Shown here one piece after another: positions 7,806 to 15,332 of a DNA stretch of 42,956 nt. The DNA comes from a virus (taxonomy: Duplodnaviria > Caudoviricetes), in IMG/VR virus record IMGVR_UViG_3300048670_000236, positions 1 through 42,956 of that record; one strand, written 5' to 3'. Positions within the stretch are counted from its first letter, which is position 1, and each line of letters starts with the position of its first letter. The translations under genes and the position numbers were made by a program. Under the pieces are notes generated by a model that was not told the origin of the DNA, did not search any database, and worked only from the letters and a program-made list of their open reading frames with translations.

Positions 7806-8171
7806 TCAGTAGCCAATCGCCATGATCAGCGGCTTGGTTTCGCGCACGCTGAGTTCCACGAAGACAGCTTCGTGTACTGGCGTGCCCATGACTGCAGTGG
7901 TGAAGTGCGGCCCTTGGTATGGGTTGTATCGGACGCGACTGCCGCAGCCGACCAAGTCCCAGCCATCAAGCCACTCGCCAGCCACGCCAGCGTGGACGTT
8001 CTTGCGCTTCTCGCGCAGCACTCGCTGGCGTCCTGCCTCGCTCACCTTGAAGGTGGCATTGCGAAGCAGCAGCTCGTTGACGTGAGCGACCACCCTGCCC
8101 TTGTTCGCACCTTCCAAGGCTTTCACGCTGAAGCACTTGCGGTGCAGGTTCCAGTAGACGAACACTCTCAT
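7806..8171 (-). CDS. Conserved phage protein of unknown function (121 aa)
   Basis: Recognisable phage signature VYWNLH...FKVSEAGRQRVLREKRKNVHA. Confidence 0.8.
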   Translation of the reverse strand: MRVFVYWNLHRKCFSVKALEGANKGRVVAHVNELLLRNATFKVSEAGRQRVLREKRKNVHAGVAGEWLDGWDLVGCGSRVRYNPYQGPHFTTAVMGTPVHEAVFVELSVRETKPLIMAIGY

Positions 8172-8377
8172 TGGGTTTTTCCTTTGTTGTAGTGGGCGAT
8201 TGCTTCATCAGTGATCTGCCCGATCTCGTTGAGACCGAGACGAATGCTGCGCGTGCGGCACAGCACCTGAATGCAGGCGCTCTGCACTGGCACGCCATGC
8301 ACCTCGACAAGGTCGCGGATCATCTTGATCGCGCGCCGCATCATGCGATTGTGTTTGAGTTTCACAGTGTCCCCCAT
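8168..8377 (-). CDS. Hypothetical early protein (69 aa)
   Basis: Fits between neighbours with short overlaps. Confidence 0.55.
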   Translation of the reverse strand: MGDTVKLKHNRMMRRAIKMIRDLVEVHGVPVQSACIQVLCRTRSIRLGLNEIGQITDEAIAHYNKGKTQ

Positions 8378-8931
8378 TGATCAGCCATCGCGTCAGCGAT
8401 GCCCTGATATGTCTTGCTGCGAAGCTTCCAGCGATCCGCGGAAGGTGGCAGGCTGTGGCAGTAGCCGTGACGCCCTTCCACGATGTTTGTGGGCGTCAGT
8501 TTCGGCAGTCCCTTGAGCCACAGGCACGTCGCCTTGGTCTCGCCATGCCCGAATTGCCAAGGCTGAATTATCTGCGTGTACTTCTCGCCGATACGATCAC
8601 GAGCGTGGCCATGTGGTATCGGGTTCTCAACTGCGATCCGTGCAATGGGCGCGTTCAGGAACGTGCGGAAGAGTGCACAGGCTTCGTCAAGCTCGCTCCA
8701 CAGATTGCGCTCGTGAAGCCAGCGCACGCCGCTCAGCGTCAGCCTTGTGCAAGGCGGATGTGCGACCAGAAGGTCCCAGCCATCGCCAAGCAATGCAGTG
8801 GCATCGCCTTGGATGTGGAAGGGTGAAGCATCGTCAGCCGGAAGCAGGTCGCAGGACCATGCATCGTGGCCACGAGCGCGGAAGGCATTGCGTACCGCGC
8901 CAGAGTATTCACAAGCGACCAGCACTCTCAT
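8362..8931 (-). CDS. Compact DNA (cytosine-5) methyltransferase
   Basis: Motif-I-like VACEYSG, catalytic HPPC, ENP, and C-terminal RSKTYQGIADAMA. Confidence 0.8.
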   Translation of the reverse strand: MRVLVACEYSGAVRNAFRARGHDAWSCDLLPADDASPFHIQGDATALLGDGWDLLVAHPPCTRLTLSGVRWLHERNLWSELDEACALFRTFLNAPIARIAVENPIPHGHARDRIGEKYTQIIQPWQFGHGETKATCLWLKGLPKLTPTNIVEGRHGYCHSLPPSADRWKLRSKTYQGIADAMADQWGTL

Positions 8932-9092
8932 TGTGCGGCCTCCTGCGTGTACAGGATGCGCTTGCCCTGAAGTCGGATTTTTGGCTGTTCCTGGCCATTC
9001 ACCAGTGCGTTGATTGCCTCGCGTGCGGCCTCGCGTTCAGCGGCCTTGCGTTCAGCGTGCACGTCAGTGCGGCGATAGTTGTTTGCAGTCAT
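8928..9092 (-). CDS. Small hypothetical protein (54 aa, MTANNYRRTDVHAERK...)
   Basis: Manual translation; AGGA RBS; ATGA overlap with the methyltransferase. Confidence 0.6.
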   Translation of the reverse strand: MTANNYRRTDVHAERKAAEREAAREAINALVNGQEQPKIRLQGKRILYTQEAAQ

Positions 9093-9171
9093 TGCAGTTG
9101 TTCCTGTGTTGTCGTGCGTGGTTCAGCACGTGACAGCGCACCGTCGATGCGATGCGCTGTGGCTTGCTGAA

Positions 9172-9191
9172 TTGCATGCGGTATCGGATCA
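9172..9191. promoter_or_regulatory. Operator-like motif copy 3 (TTGCATGCGGTATCGGATCA)
   Basis: Matches the 20-mer; at the end of the first early gene. Confidence 0.6.
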
Positions 9192-9932
9192 GTTAGGGCG
9201 CACGAAGCCTGACGTGTCGCGCTTGGCGTTGCCCTTGGCGTACAGCCCGATGATCCCGCGATCATCAAGGAAGCGCAGATCGCTTTCGTCACCATTGATC
9301 ACGGCGATTGTTTCGCCTGCCAGATTGAACGTCTCAGGCAAGGCCTTGTGACGAAACACGGCGGCAACGTTCATGCCGTTGCGATAGGCCTGCAGCGCCA
9401 ATGCGTCGTTGTCTTCCGCGAGGCTGTAGGTCAAGTGATAGTTGGCAGGAATGCCCTTGCGATTGTGGCGCTTCGTGTAGTCGTAGAACTGCACGTCGGG
9501 AAACTCGGCCATGATATTCTCAAGACCGTTGCAGGGAATGCGCTCCCATGGAATATCGCTTGTACCGTTGAGGCGGACACATGGCGTCAAGCCAAGCTTG
9601 GTTGCGCGTGCCTTGAAGGCCTCGATTTCGCGGACTAGCTGCAGCATGAACGCTTCACGGTCTGTGAAGTACCAGCGAGTGCGAGCGATACGTGCACGCT
9701 GGATTGCGTTGTCAGGCAACGCTTGGCCATTGGCATCAAACGTGGCGTTGCCCTTGGCCATGCCGCCACGTCCTGCAGTGTTGAGGCATGCAGCCTTGCA
9801 GCCTTTTGTGGCCATAGGGCACACTTCGAAGCCCGAAGTGTCTGCAGGTGCCAAATACAGCACTGCAGTCATGAAGCCTTTAGCCTGCCCTTTGACGGTC
9901 TTGGCATTGGCGTCAATGTTGAGAAGTTTCAT
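9189..9932 (-). CDS. GP88-like protein with CX6CX3C motif (putative Fe-S, radical-SAM-like)
   Basis: VCPMATKGCKAAC, RLNGTSDI, QFYDYTK and NYHLTYS motifs; ATG 9932 behind AAGGA. Confidence 0.78.
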   Translation of the reverse strand: MKLLNIDANAKTVKGQAKGFMTAVLYLAPADTSGFEVCPMATKGCKAACLNTAGRGGMAKGNATFDANGQALPDNAIQRARIARTRWYFTDREAFMLQLVREIEAFKARATKLGLTPCVRLNGTSDIPWERIPCNGLENIMAEFPDVQFYDYTKRHNRKGIPANYHLTYSLAEDNDALALQAYRNGMNVAAVFRHKALPETFNLAGETIAVINGDESDLRFLDDRGIIGLYAKGNAKRDTSGFVRPN

Positions 9933-9953
9933 GCGTGTTTTTCCTTGGTTGGA

Positions 9954-9973
9954 TTGCATGCGATACGGCATGC
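9954..9973. promoter_or_regulatory. Operator-like motif copy 4 (TTGCATGCGATACGGCATGC)
   Basis: Matches the 20-mer; contains tandem GCATGCGATA; just upstream of the first early RBS. Confidence 0.6.
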
Positions 9974-9997
9974 GATAGTGCAAAAAAACTGCACAGT

Positions 9998-10346
9998 TGA
10001 ACGCTCGCGATTTGCAAGCGTTCTCAGTGTAGTTTTGATTTTCCCCTGTGTTCGACAAGGTGGCTTGTATGCTAGTGGTCTGTGAGAGCACACACAGGAT
10101 GATCACAGGCTAGCTTTCCGCCTTACGTGCTTCGCGTGCTCCTCGCACACTATGGGACGCCTTAGTCCCTCGGGGTCCGCCTTGCTGCTACTCAGGCAAT
10201 CTGCACTTGTCAGGTGCTAGACGTGTTCCCAAAATCCCGCTTTCGCTACATGGGTGAGCCTGTCGCAAGGGTAGTCCCTAAACGCTGATCTGATTTATGC
10301 CCCGAGGGACCAACGATGCCCGGCAAGATCAGTTGCCGCTGTCGAT
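9998..10346 (-). ncRNA. Candidate structured leader RNA, unassigned family
   Basis: 11-bp perfect inverted repeat 10165-10175/10300-10310 enclosing nested stems and a GAAA-loop hairpin; further hairpins at 10321-10338 and about 9999-10023; no convincing ORF. Confidence 0.45.
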
Positions 10347-10352
10347 GGATGA

Positions 10353-10381
10353 AACCTAATCGCATCCCTTGCCGCATGCAA
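10353..10381 (-). promoter_or_regulatory. Early sigma70 promoter overlapped by operator-like copy 5
   Basis: TTGCAT (10381-10376), 17 bp, TAGGTT (10358-10353); motif TTGCATGCGGCAAGGGATGC covers the -35 and spacer. Confidence 0.7.
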
Positions 10382-10469
10382 TCCCCCCATGCATGCCCTT
10401 TTGGCGGAAAATCATGCGACGGGTTGACGCAGACAAAAAATCATCCCATGACGGACAAGAGCCGGATAA

Positions 10470-10730
10470 ACGCGCGCCCGAGCATTTCCCGCGCGCACAC
10501 ATACGCGCGCCTGGGTGCCCGCGCGGAGAATGCTCGCGCGAGGCCTGATCCTGCCCGATTGCTGGCAACACGGGATTGCTAGTCCGTTGCGATTGGCTCA
10601 ATCCCGCCGCGATTGCCTCGGCTTGTGGCGTGCATCGTGGCGATTGCAGCGCACGCCCGAGCATTCACCGCGCCCGCGATCACGTGCGCCCGAGCCATTA
10701 CCGCGCGCCCAGGCGCGTACACGCGCGCGA
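10470..10730. repeat. GC-rich direct and inverted repeats in the genome-end region
   Basis: CGCCCGAGC(C)ATT three times (~10475, 10654, 10687), inverted AATGCTCG (~10529), five GATTG units in 10555-10648. Confidence 0.6.
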
Positions 10731-10785
10731 CCCCCCACGGGGGGAGCCGGCACGACCCGTAGTCGAGTACACGTCTCACATTTTT
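10731..10785 (-). other. Probable start of the direct terminal repeat / packaging signal
   Basis: AAAAATGTGAG followed ~30 nt later by CCCCCC-GT-GGGGGG, resembling the T7 terminal-repeat start as recalled; lies between terminase and first early gene. Confidence 0.45.
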
Positions 10786-10989
10786 GTGCCAAAAGGTCGC
10801 TGAGCCTCATAGAAGCCCGTACAGCCGCTTTGCCCCTCCTGCGCTACCTTCGTACCACCCGACCCCTCTTCGCCCGTCCTGTGGCCTCTCAGAGGCTCCT
10901 AGCCGGTGTCGGATGCCATCCGCTCGTGCATGCTGTTCTGGGGCCTCATAAAGACCCTGCAGCGTGCGGGGGTAAAAGCCCCTACTTTT

Positions 10990-11010
10990 TGTAGTGGACC
11001 ATATTGGGAG
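10990..11010. promoter_or_regulatory. Candidate phage RNAP promoter (GGACCATATT core)
   Basis: Minus strand CAATATGGTCCACTACA matches the T7 promoter TAATACGACTCACTATA at 11 of 17 positions; the core recurs at 2460-2469 and 33584-33595. Confidence 0.4.
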
Positions 11011-11146
11011 CGAGCGCAGCGATGCTCCCCTATGGAGAGGATACGGCTATGACTGAGGGGATAGAGGGGTAGAGAGTACTGGGTATCTTAGACTGAGCTT
11101 GAGGACCTCGCAGGGGCGAGTTGAATTGGGAGGGGTATAGGAGGGA

Positions 11147-11566
11147 CTACCTCCTACACCACCTCAGTATCCTAGCTGGGGGCATGGGCCTGCCCTTCTT
11201 CTTGTCTTCCTTGATGCAGTCCCTGATGTACGCCTTGGCAGAGGCCACCATCTTGCGGGAGACAGGGATGCCCTCCCTCCGCATGGTGGCTATGGCCCAC
11301 TGCTCTGCTTCGTATTCCATCTTCCAGAGCGGGGCATCGTACCCGTCCCTGCAATGACCGAGGTGATGGTGGGCACATTCGTGCAGGTAGATGTAGAGGG
11401 AGTCCCGGCATTCGAGTCTCGGGACCTCGATCCACTTGATACCATCCTCATCCGTCCAGGCGTAGGCTGGGAGCAGGTCCCTGCCCTTCCTGAACTTCAC
11501 CTTGGTCCTTGCTGGTCGGTACCGTTTGGCAACTTCCAGCAGTCTCTTCATCGTGTCGAAGCCCAC
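11147..11566 (-). CDS. Zinc metallopeptidase-like protein (ImmA/IrrE-like)
   Basis: YLHECAHHHLGH (HExxH) with downstream EYEA; start GTG 11566 or ATG 11551. Confidence 0.65.
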   Translation of the reverse strand: MGFDTMKRLLEVAKRYRPARTKVKFRKGRDLLPAYAWTDEDGIKWIEVPRLECRDSLYIYLHECAHHHLGHCRDGYDAPLWKMEYEAEQWAIATMRREGIPVSRKMVASAKAYIRDCIKEDKKKGRPMPPARILRWCRR

Positions 11567-13218
11567 ACTGGTTGTCTTGGCTTCCGCCCGAGGGCTGACT
11601 CCATGAACCTGTCCAGCTCCTCACGCAGCTTCTGCTCCTTGTGGTCCTCCTCTGCCCGCGTCTGATCGACCTGCAGGTACTTCATCCAGTAGGAGATGCT
11701 GCCGGCAAGGGCGTCCACACGGTCATCGTGTCGGAGGGCACCGCGCTCTGGCGTGATACGGGAGAGCTGGTACATGAGCTGGAAGTCACGGTCATCGTTG
11801 GCTTCGGCCTTGATGCCTTCCTGCGCCACCACGAGCCTGTGCTGGTTCATGACCGGCTCAAGGGCTGCGATGATGCGCTTCTCCTTCTGGGCCACACCGA
11901 CCTTCACGTCCTCAAGGATGAGCGGATAGATGCGGTTCATGTGCGGCTTGAGGAGCTGGGTGAACATGCCGTCACCGAAGTTGGCTTCGATCTGGCAGTG
12001 GTTGACCTTCTGCAGCTTGGCGATCTCGCACAGCTTGATCAGGTTCTCGTCGCTGTAGCCGCCCTGCAGGCCACCCCACGTGGTGAGGTAGACGTTACCG
12101 GCGAGCAGCTTGGTCACGCAGTAGGCCAGTTCGTCCCCGCCCTTGCCTGACGGGTCGATGTACAGGAGGGAGCCTTGCCACGGCTGGAAGGTCTCCGAGA
12201 CCCGCATGGGGGCCACGAAGTAGTCGCCGCGGAGTCCGACGCACGGCAGGCCATCGAGGGCCTTCTTCTGGTCGGGACCAGAGGCCCACTGGTAGCTGAT
12301 GGGAGCCTGCCCCCACGTCGAGATGCCCGACATGATCACGAGGTCGTTGAGCTTGAGCGGGTACTTGTTGGCATCCGACAGGCTGGTGTCGAGCATGAAC
12401 TGCAGGGCGAAGCCCGAGCGTCCATAGGACATCTCGCGCTCAAGCAGATCGGTGTCGGAGAACCGCTTGGGGTCTGTGGTCCTGCCCACGAGGCTGGGCT
12501 TCTTCTCGATCCTGTCGATGATCGAGGGGGCCAGGCGGTCGCTGTAGACCTCCACGAGCCGCTTGTCGGGATATCGGGCCGGCCAGATGCGGGTCTGGTA
12601 GCCACGCTGCTCCAGCTTCACGTACAGGCTCTCTTCGGTCTGCGGCGTGCCGAGGAAGGTCACGATGCCTCCCGGCTTCAGGATGGCGTCGAACTCCTTG
12701 ACGCTCTCGCTGAGCTTGTCCCGCATGTCGGGTGTGGCCGAGTTGTTGGGCACTTCCACGTCATCGCCGATGATCTCGTCGGCACGCGATCCCGAGAGCT
12801 GCCCAGTGATGCCTGCGGACTTCACAGACGGCGCGTGATCTGGCAGGGCCGGTCCTACGTCGAAGGACAGCTTCGAGTCTCTCTGGCCGTCTGTGGGGCG
12901 CAGAGGGTGCAGTTCCGGCATAAGGTCGATCAGGTTGCGCGTGAAGGTCGTGAAATCGTCTGCACGCTGCTTGGACGCCGAGACCACGAAGATGTTGACC
13001 TGTGGGTCCATCGCCAGCCGCCAGCACACGTAGGCACTGGTGATCCATGACTTGCCGACACCACGGAAAGCCTTGATGGTCCTGCGTCGGGGGCCGTGCT
13101 GCAGGTACTCCGCGATCTCGTACTGCACCTCGGTGGGTTCAGGGAGGTTCAGGTACTGCCATGCGAGGTAGAGGAAGTTGCGGAAGTCGTGGAGTTCTTC
13201 AGGCAGGATCGATGACAT
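11548..13218 (-). CDS. Terminase large subunit (T7 gp19-like)
   Basis: AFRGVGKS Walker A, GSRADEIIGDDVE, LGTPQ, IDPSGKGGDE, HDDRVDAL. Confidence 0.97.
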   Translation of the reverse strand: MSSILPEELHDFRNFLYLAWQYLNLPEPTEVQYEIAEYLQHGPRRRTIKAFRGVGKSWITSAYVCWRLAMDPQVNIFVVSASKQRADDFTTFTRNLIDLMPELHPLRPTDGQRDSKLSFDVGPALPDHAPSVKSAGITGQLSGSRADEIIGDDVEVPNNSATPDMRDKLSESVKEFDAILKPGGIVTFLGTPQTEESLYVKLEQRGYQTRIWPARYPDKRLVEVYSDRLAPSIIDRIEKKPSLVGRTTDPKRFSDTDLLEREMSYGRSGFALQFMLDTSLSDANKYPLKLNDLVIMSGISTWGQAPISYQWASGPDQKKALDGLPCVGLRGDYFVAPMRVSETFQPWQGSLLYIDPSGKGGDELAYCVTKLLAGNVYLTTWGGLQGGYSDENLIKLCEIAKLQKVNHCQIEANFGDGMFTQLLKPHMNRIYPLILEDVKVGVAQKEKRIIAALEPVMNQHRLVVAQEGIKAEANDDRDFQLMYQLSRITPERGALRHDDRVDALAGSISYWMKYLQVDQTRAEEDHKEQKLREELDRFMESALGRKPRQPVWASTR

Positions 13219-13221
13219 GGA

Positions 13222-13428
13222 TTACCCCTTGGGGAATGGAACCACCTTGGCCAGCCTGCTCATCTCTGGGATGAGCTTCGGCGAGCCGTTGACCCCGTTG
13301 TCCTTCAGGAACTTGAGGGCATTGGCGATGTCCGCTGCTGTGGCCTCACCGGACTCGACACGCTGCAGGAGCGTCTTGAGGGTGGCCTGAAACAGCTTGT
13401 CGGACAGTTCGTCAGTTTCTCTTGACAC
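13222..13428 (-). CDS. Terminase small subunit (gp18-like)
   Basis: ATAADIANALKFLKDNGV motif; directly upstream of the large subunit. Confidence 0.85.
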   Translation of the reverse strand: MSRETDELSDKLFQATLKTLLQRVESGEATAADIANALKFLKDNGVNGSPKLIPEMSRLAKVVPFPKG

Positions 13429-13684
13429 TGGTCTGGCATCTCCGAATGGCGGCTATGAGGGCCTTGTGGTCCTTGTCGTTCAGCTCCTTGTCGCCAAGGT
13501 CACTGAGGTACTGCTCGTACATCTCACGCTGGGACGTGGTGCGCTCTGGCATGACCACGGTCGGCAGAGGCTCCTTGAGCATCTCCGGTGTGATGTACTG
13601 CCTGCAGTCCACCCCTGGCTCGACTGTGTGGGCACAGCCGGCCAGAAGCAGGACAAATGGCAGAGCGATTAAAGCGCGAGGCAT
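13412..13684 (-). CDS. Lipoprotein, probable o-spanin
   Basis: Lipobox LLLAGC, Pro-rich linker, C-terminal helix; in lysis cassette. Confidence 0.65.
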   Translation of the reverse strand: MPRALIALPFVLLLAGCAHTVEPGVDCRQYITPEMLKEPLPTVVMPERTTSQREMYEQYLSDLGDKELNDKDHKALIAAIRRCQTSVKRN

Positions 13685-13908
13685 GCTTCGATCTTATCTC
13701 GAAGCGGATCGCCTGCCGGGAGATCAGCCGCGTAGGGACCGGCCTGTGCCACGCTTGTCGGGAAGCTGGCGTCGATCCGGTCGGGGAACTGTGCCGGGAG
13801 CCGGTCAACGCAGCGTTCAGCGTCCCAGTTCTTCGCTGGGCCGGATGACTTCGTTCCGCAAGCGGACAGCGTCAGGGCTAAAGTCACAAGCGCGATTGTC
13901 TTGTACAT
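13669..13908 (-). CDS. Second lipoprotein overlapping the i-spanin (Rz1-like position)
   Basis: Lipobox LTLSAC; starts inside the 3' end of the i-spanin gene. Confidence 0.6.
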   Translation of the reverse strand: MYKTIALVTLALTLSACGTKSSGPAKNWDAERCVDRLPAQFPDRIDASFPTSVAQAGPYAADLPAGDPLRDKIEACLAL

Positions 13909-14179
13909 ACACGGGTACCTTCTTGATGTTGGTGCGGGTCACGACGCGGATGTGCTCCTTGCTCTGGAGCAGGTCATCGACCCATTTCAAATTCTGTTCG
14001 AACAGCTCGATCTGCTGTTGCTGCTCCAGCCTGCGGAGCGTCTCCACCTCTTCAAGGGCAGAGGCGACTTCCTGCAGTCGGGCTGAGTTGTGTCGCCACT
14101 CCGCTACCTTGTAGCCGGCGAAGAAGATGGCGACGGAAGTGAGGGCGGTCAGCCCCCACTTCAGCGTCTGCCAATTCAT
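13817..14179 (-). CDS. i-spanin (Rz-like)
   Basis: N-terminal TM, coiled coil, VPVYV...C...DAVRL tail. Confidence 0.75.
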   Translation of the reverse strand: MNWQTLKWGLTALTSVAIFFAGYKVAEWRHNSARLQEVASALEEVETLRRLEQQQQIELFEQNLKWVDDLLQSKEHIRVVTRTNIKKVPVYVQDNRACDFSPDAVRLRNEVIRPSEELGR

Positions 14180-14397
14180 TAATCGCTACCGAAGAGCTTC
14201 TCTTCCACGCTCTTCTTGAACGTGTTGAGAGCGTCACGGAGCGCCGCAGCCTGTGCGGAGAGACCGAGGAGCGCGAAGCCCCCGATCAGGTCCCATGTGA
14301 AGAACATGTAGACCACGGCAACAGCCGACGTGATGCCGGCTGCGATGTAGGTTTTCCAGCCCTTCAGGAAGGCGAGAGTCTTGATAAGGAAGTCCAT
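14179..14397 (-). CDS. Holin-like membrane protein (72 aa)
   Basis: KGWKTYI followed by two hydrophobic segments and a charged tail. Confidence 0.65.
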   Translation of the reverse strand: MDFLIKTLAFLKGWKTYIAAGITSAVAVVYMFFTWDLIGGFALLGLSAQAAALRDALNTFKKSVEEKLFGSD

Positions 14398-14657
14398 TAC
14401 TTGTTCCTCAAGTCATCGAGTTTGGTTTCAATACGCCCCAGTTGTTCCTTCATCTCGACGGTCTGCTGCCGATGTGCCGTGAACTGTTCGCGAAGGATCG
14501 CGAGGGACGTTGGAATCTCCTGCCGCTTGATCTCGTCAAGCTGCGTGGAGTGTTGTTCGACCGTCTGGGTCAGCCGAGAGAATGCCCAGATCAGGTATGC
14601 GAACTGGGTGACTACGAATACGCCGAGAGCCACCAAGCCTGATGTCAGGTAGTCCAT
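14397..14657 (-). CDS. Single-TM coiled-coil protein, lysis-associated
   Basis: ATG 14657 overlapping the upstream stop; TM plus RIETKLD coiled coil. Confidence 0.65.
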   Translation of the reverse strand: MDYLTSGLVALGVFVVTQFAYLIWAFSRLTQTVEQHSTQLDEIKRQEIPTSLAILREQFTAHRQQTVEMKEQLGRIETKLDDLRNK

Positions 14658-15331
14658 TACACTGGTCTCACTGCAAGTGTGTTGGAGCGCCATGATACAG
14701 AGGCAGATAGCGTGAATGTTGCAGGGTCATCTACTGTTCCTGTGGCGTACTTGGTCGCCAAGAAGAGTCGGTTAGTCGTTCCACCTGTTGAAGCAAGGCT
14801 GGTCTGATTATTTGTGTAGCCTGTTGGCCATGCGCTCACAGTAGCTGCAGTGCTTCTGATGCCACCAAATGCAATCCACAGGTTCCTCGCTGATCCCCAC
14901 GACGGTGTTAGTGATGGCGGGTTGGGTGCAGTCGAGGACCCGGTCGCAGTCGTACCAATTGCAGGGCCTGTTGCCGAAGCCGCATTCTTCATACGGAACG
15001 CCATGCAGCACACTGCGGTGGCAGCACTGGTCGTAAGGCTTAGCGTAGCGCCTTCTGATCCATCCGCGATCCTTGTGTAGACGTGGAGTGCGCCCTGCGC
15101 CTGATTCTCGTTGATGAGCTGCGTCCAGCCTGCCGGCGTGGTGCAGTTCTGTGCGAGCGTCGAAGACTTCCCGATCACCAGCAGAAGCCTCTCACCCGCC
15201 ACGATGCCCGAAGGCAGATTCAGCGTGTGAGAGGTAGCGTCTGCCGATGATTGGTATGTGGCTGTCCCCGTGATCTCCAATAGTAGGGAGCCGGGGACCA
15301 CCATGAACGGGTTGATGAATCTTACTGCCAT
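14657..15331 (-). CDS. Putative fibre-tip / receptor-binding protein (224 aa)
   Basis: Follows the fibre; INPF N-terminus; Thr/Ala/Gly/Ser-rich; codon usage differs from neighbours. Confidence 0.55.
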   Translation of the reverse strand: MAVRFINPFMVVPGSLLLEITGTATYQSSADATSHTLNLPSGIVAGERLLLVIGKSSTLAQNCTTPAGWTQLINENQAQGALHVYTRIADGSEGATLSLTTSAATAVCCMAFRMKNAASATGPAIGTTATGSSTAPNPPSLTPSWGSARNLWIAFGGIRSTAATVSAWPTGYTNNQTSLASTGGTTNRLFLATKYATGTVDDPATFTLSASVSWRSNTLAVRPV

Positions 15332-15332
15332 C

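Noticed and set aside
9933-10106. N-terminal extension of the GP88-like ORF
   Set aside because: Strong RBS at 9932; the extension spans regulatory repeats and hairpins
10160-10310. tmRNA, 6S, SRP or SAM/cobalamin riboswitch
   Set aside because: No T-loop or CCA end, and no family consensus boxes recognised
10470-10730. CRISPR array
   Set aside because: Repeats are short, irregularly spaced, partly inverted, and there are no cas genes
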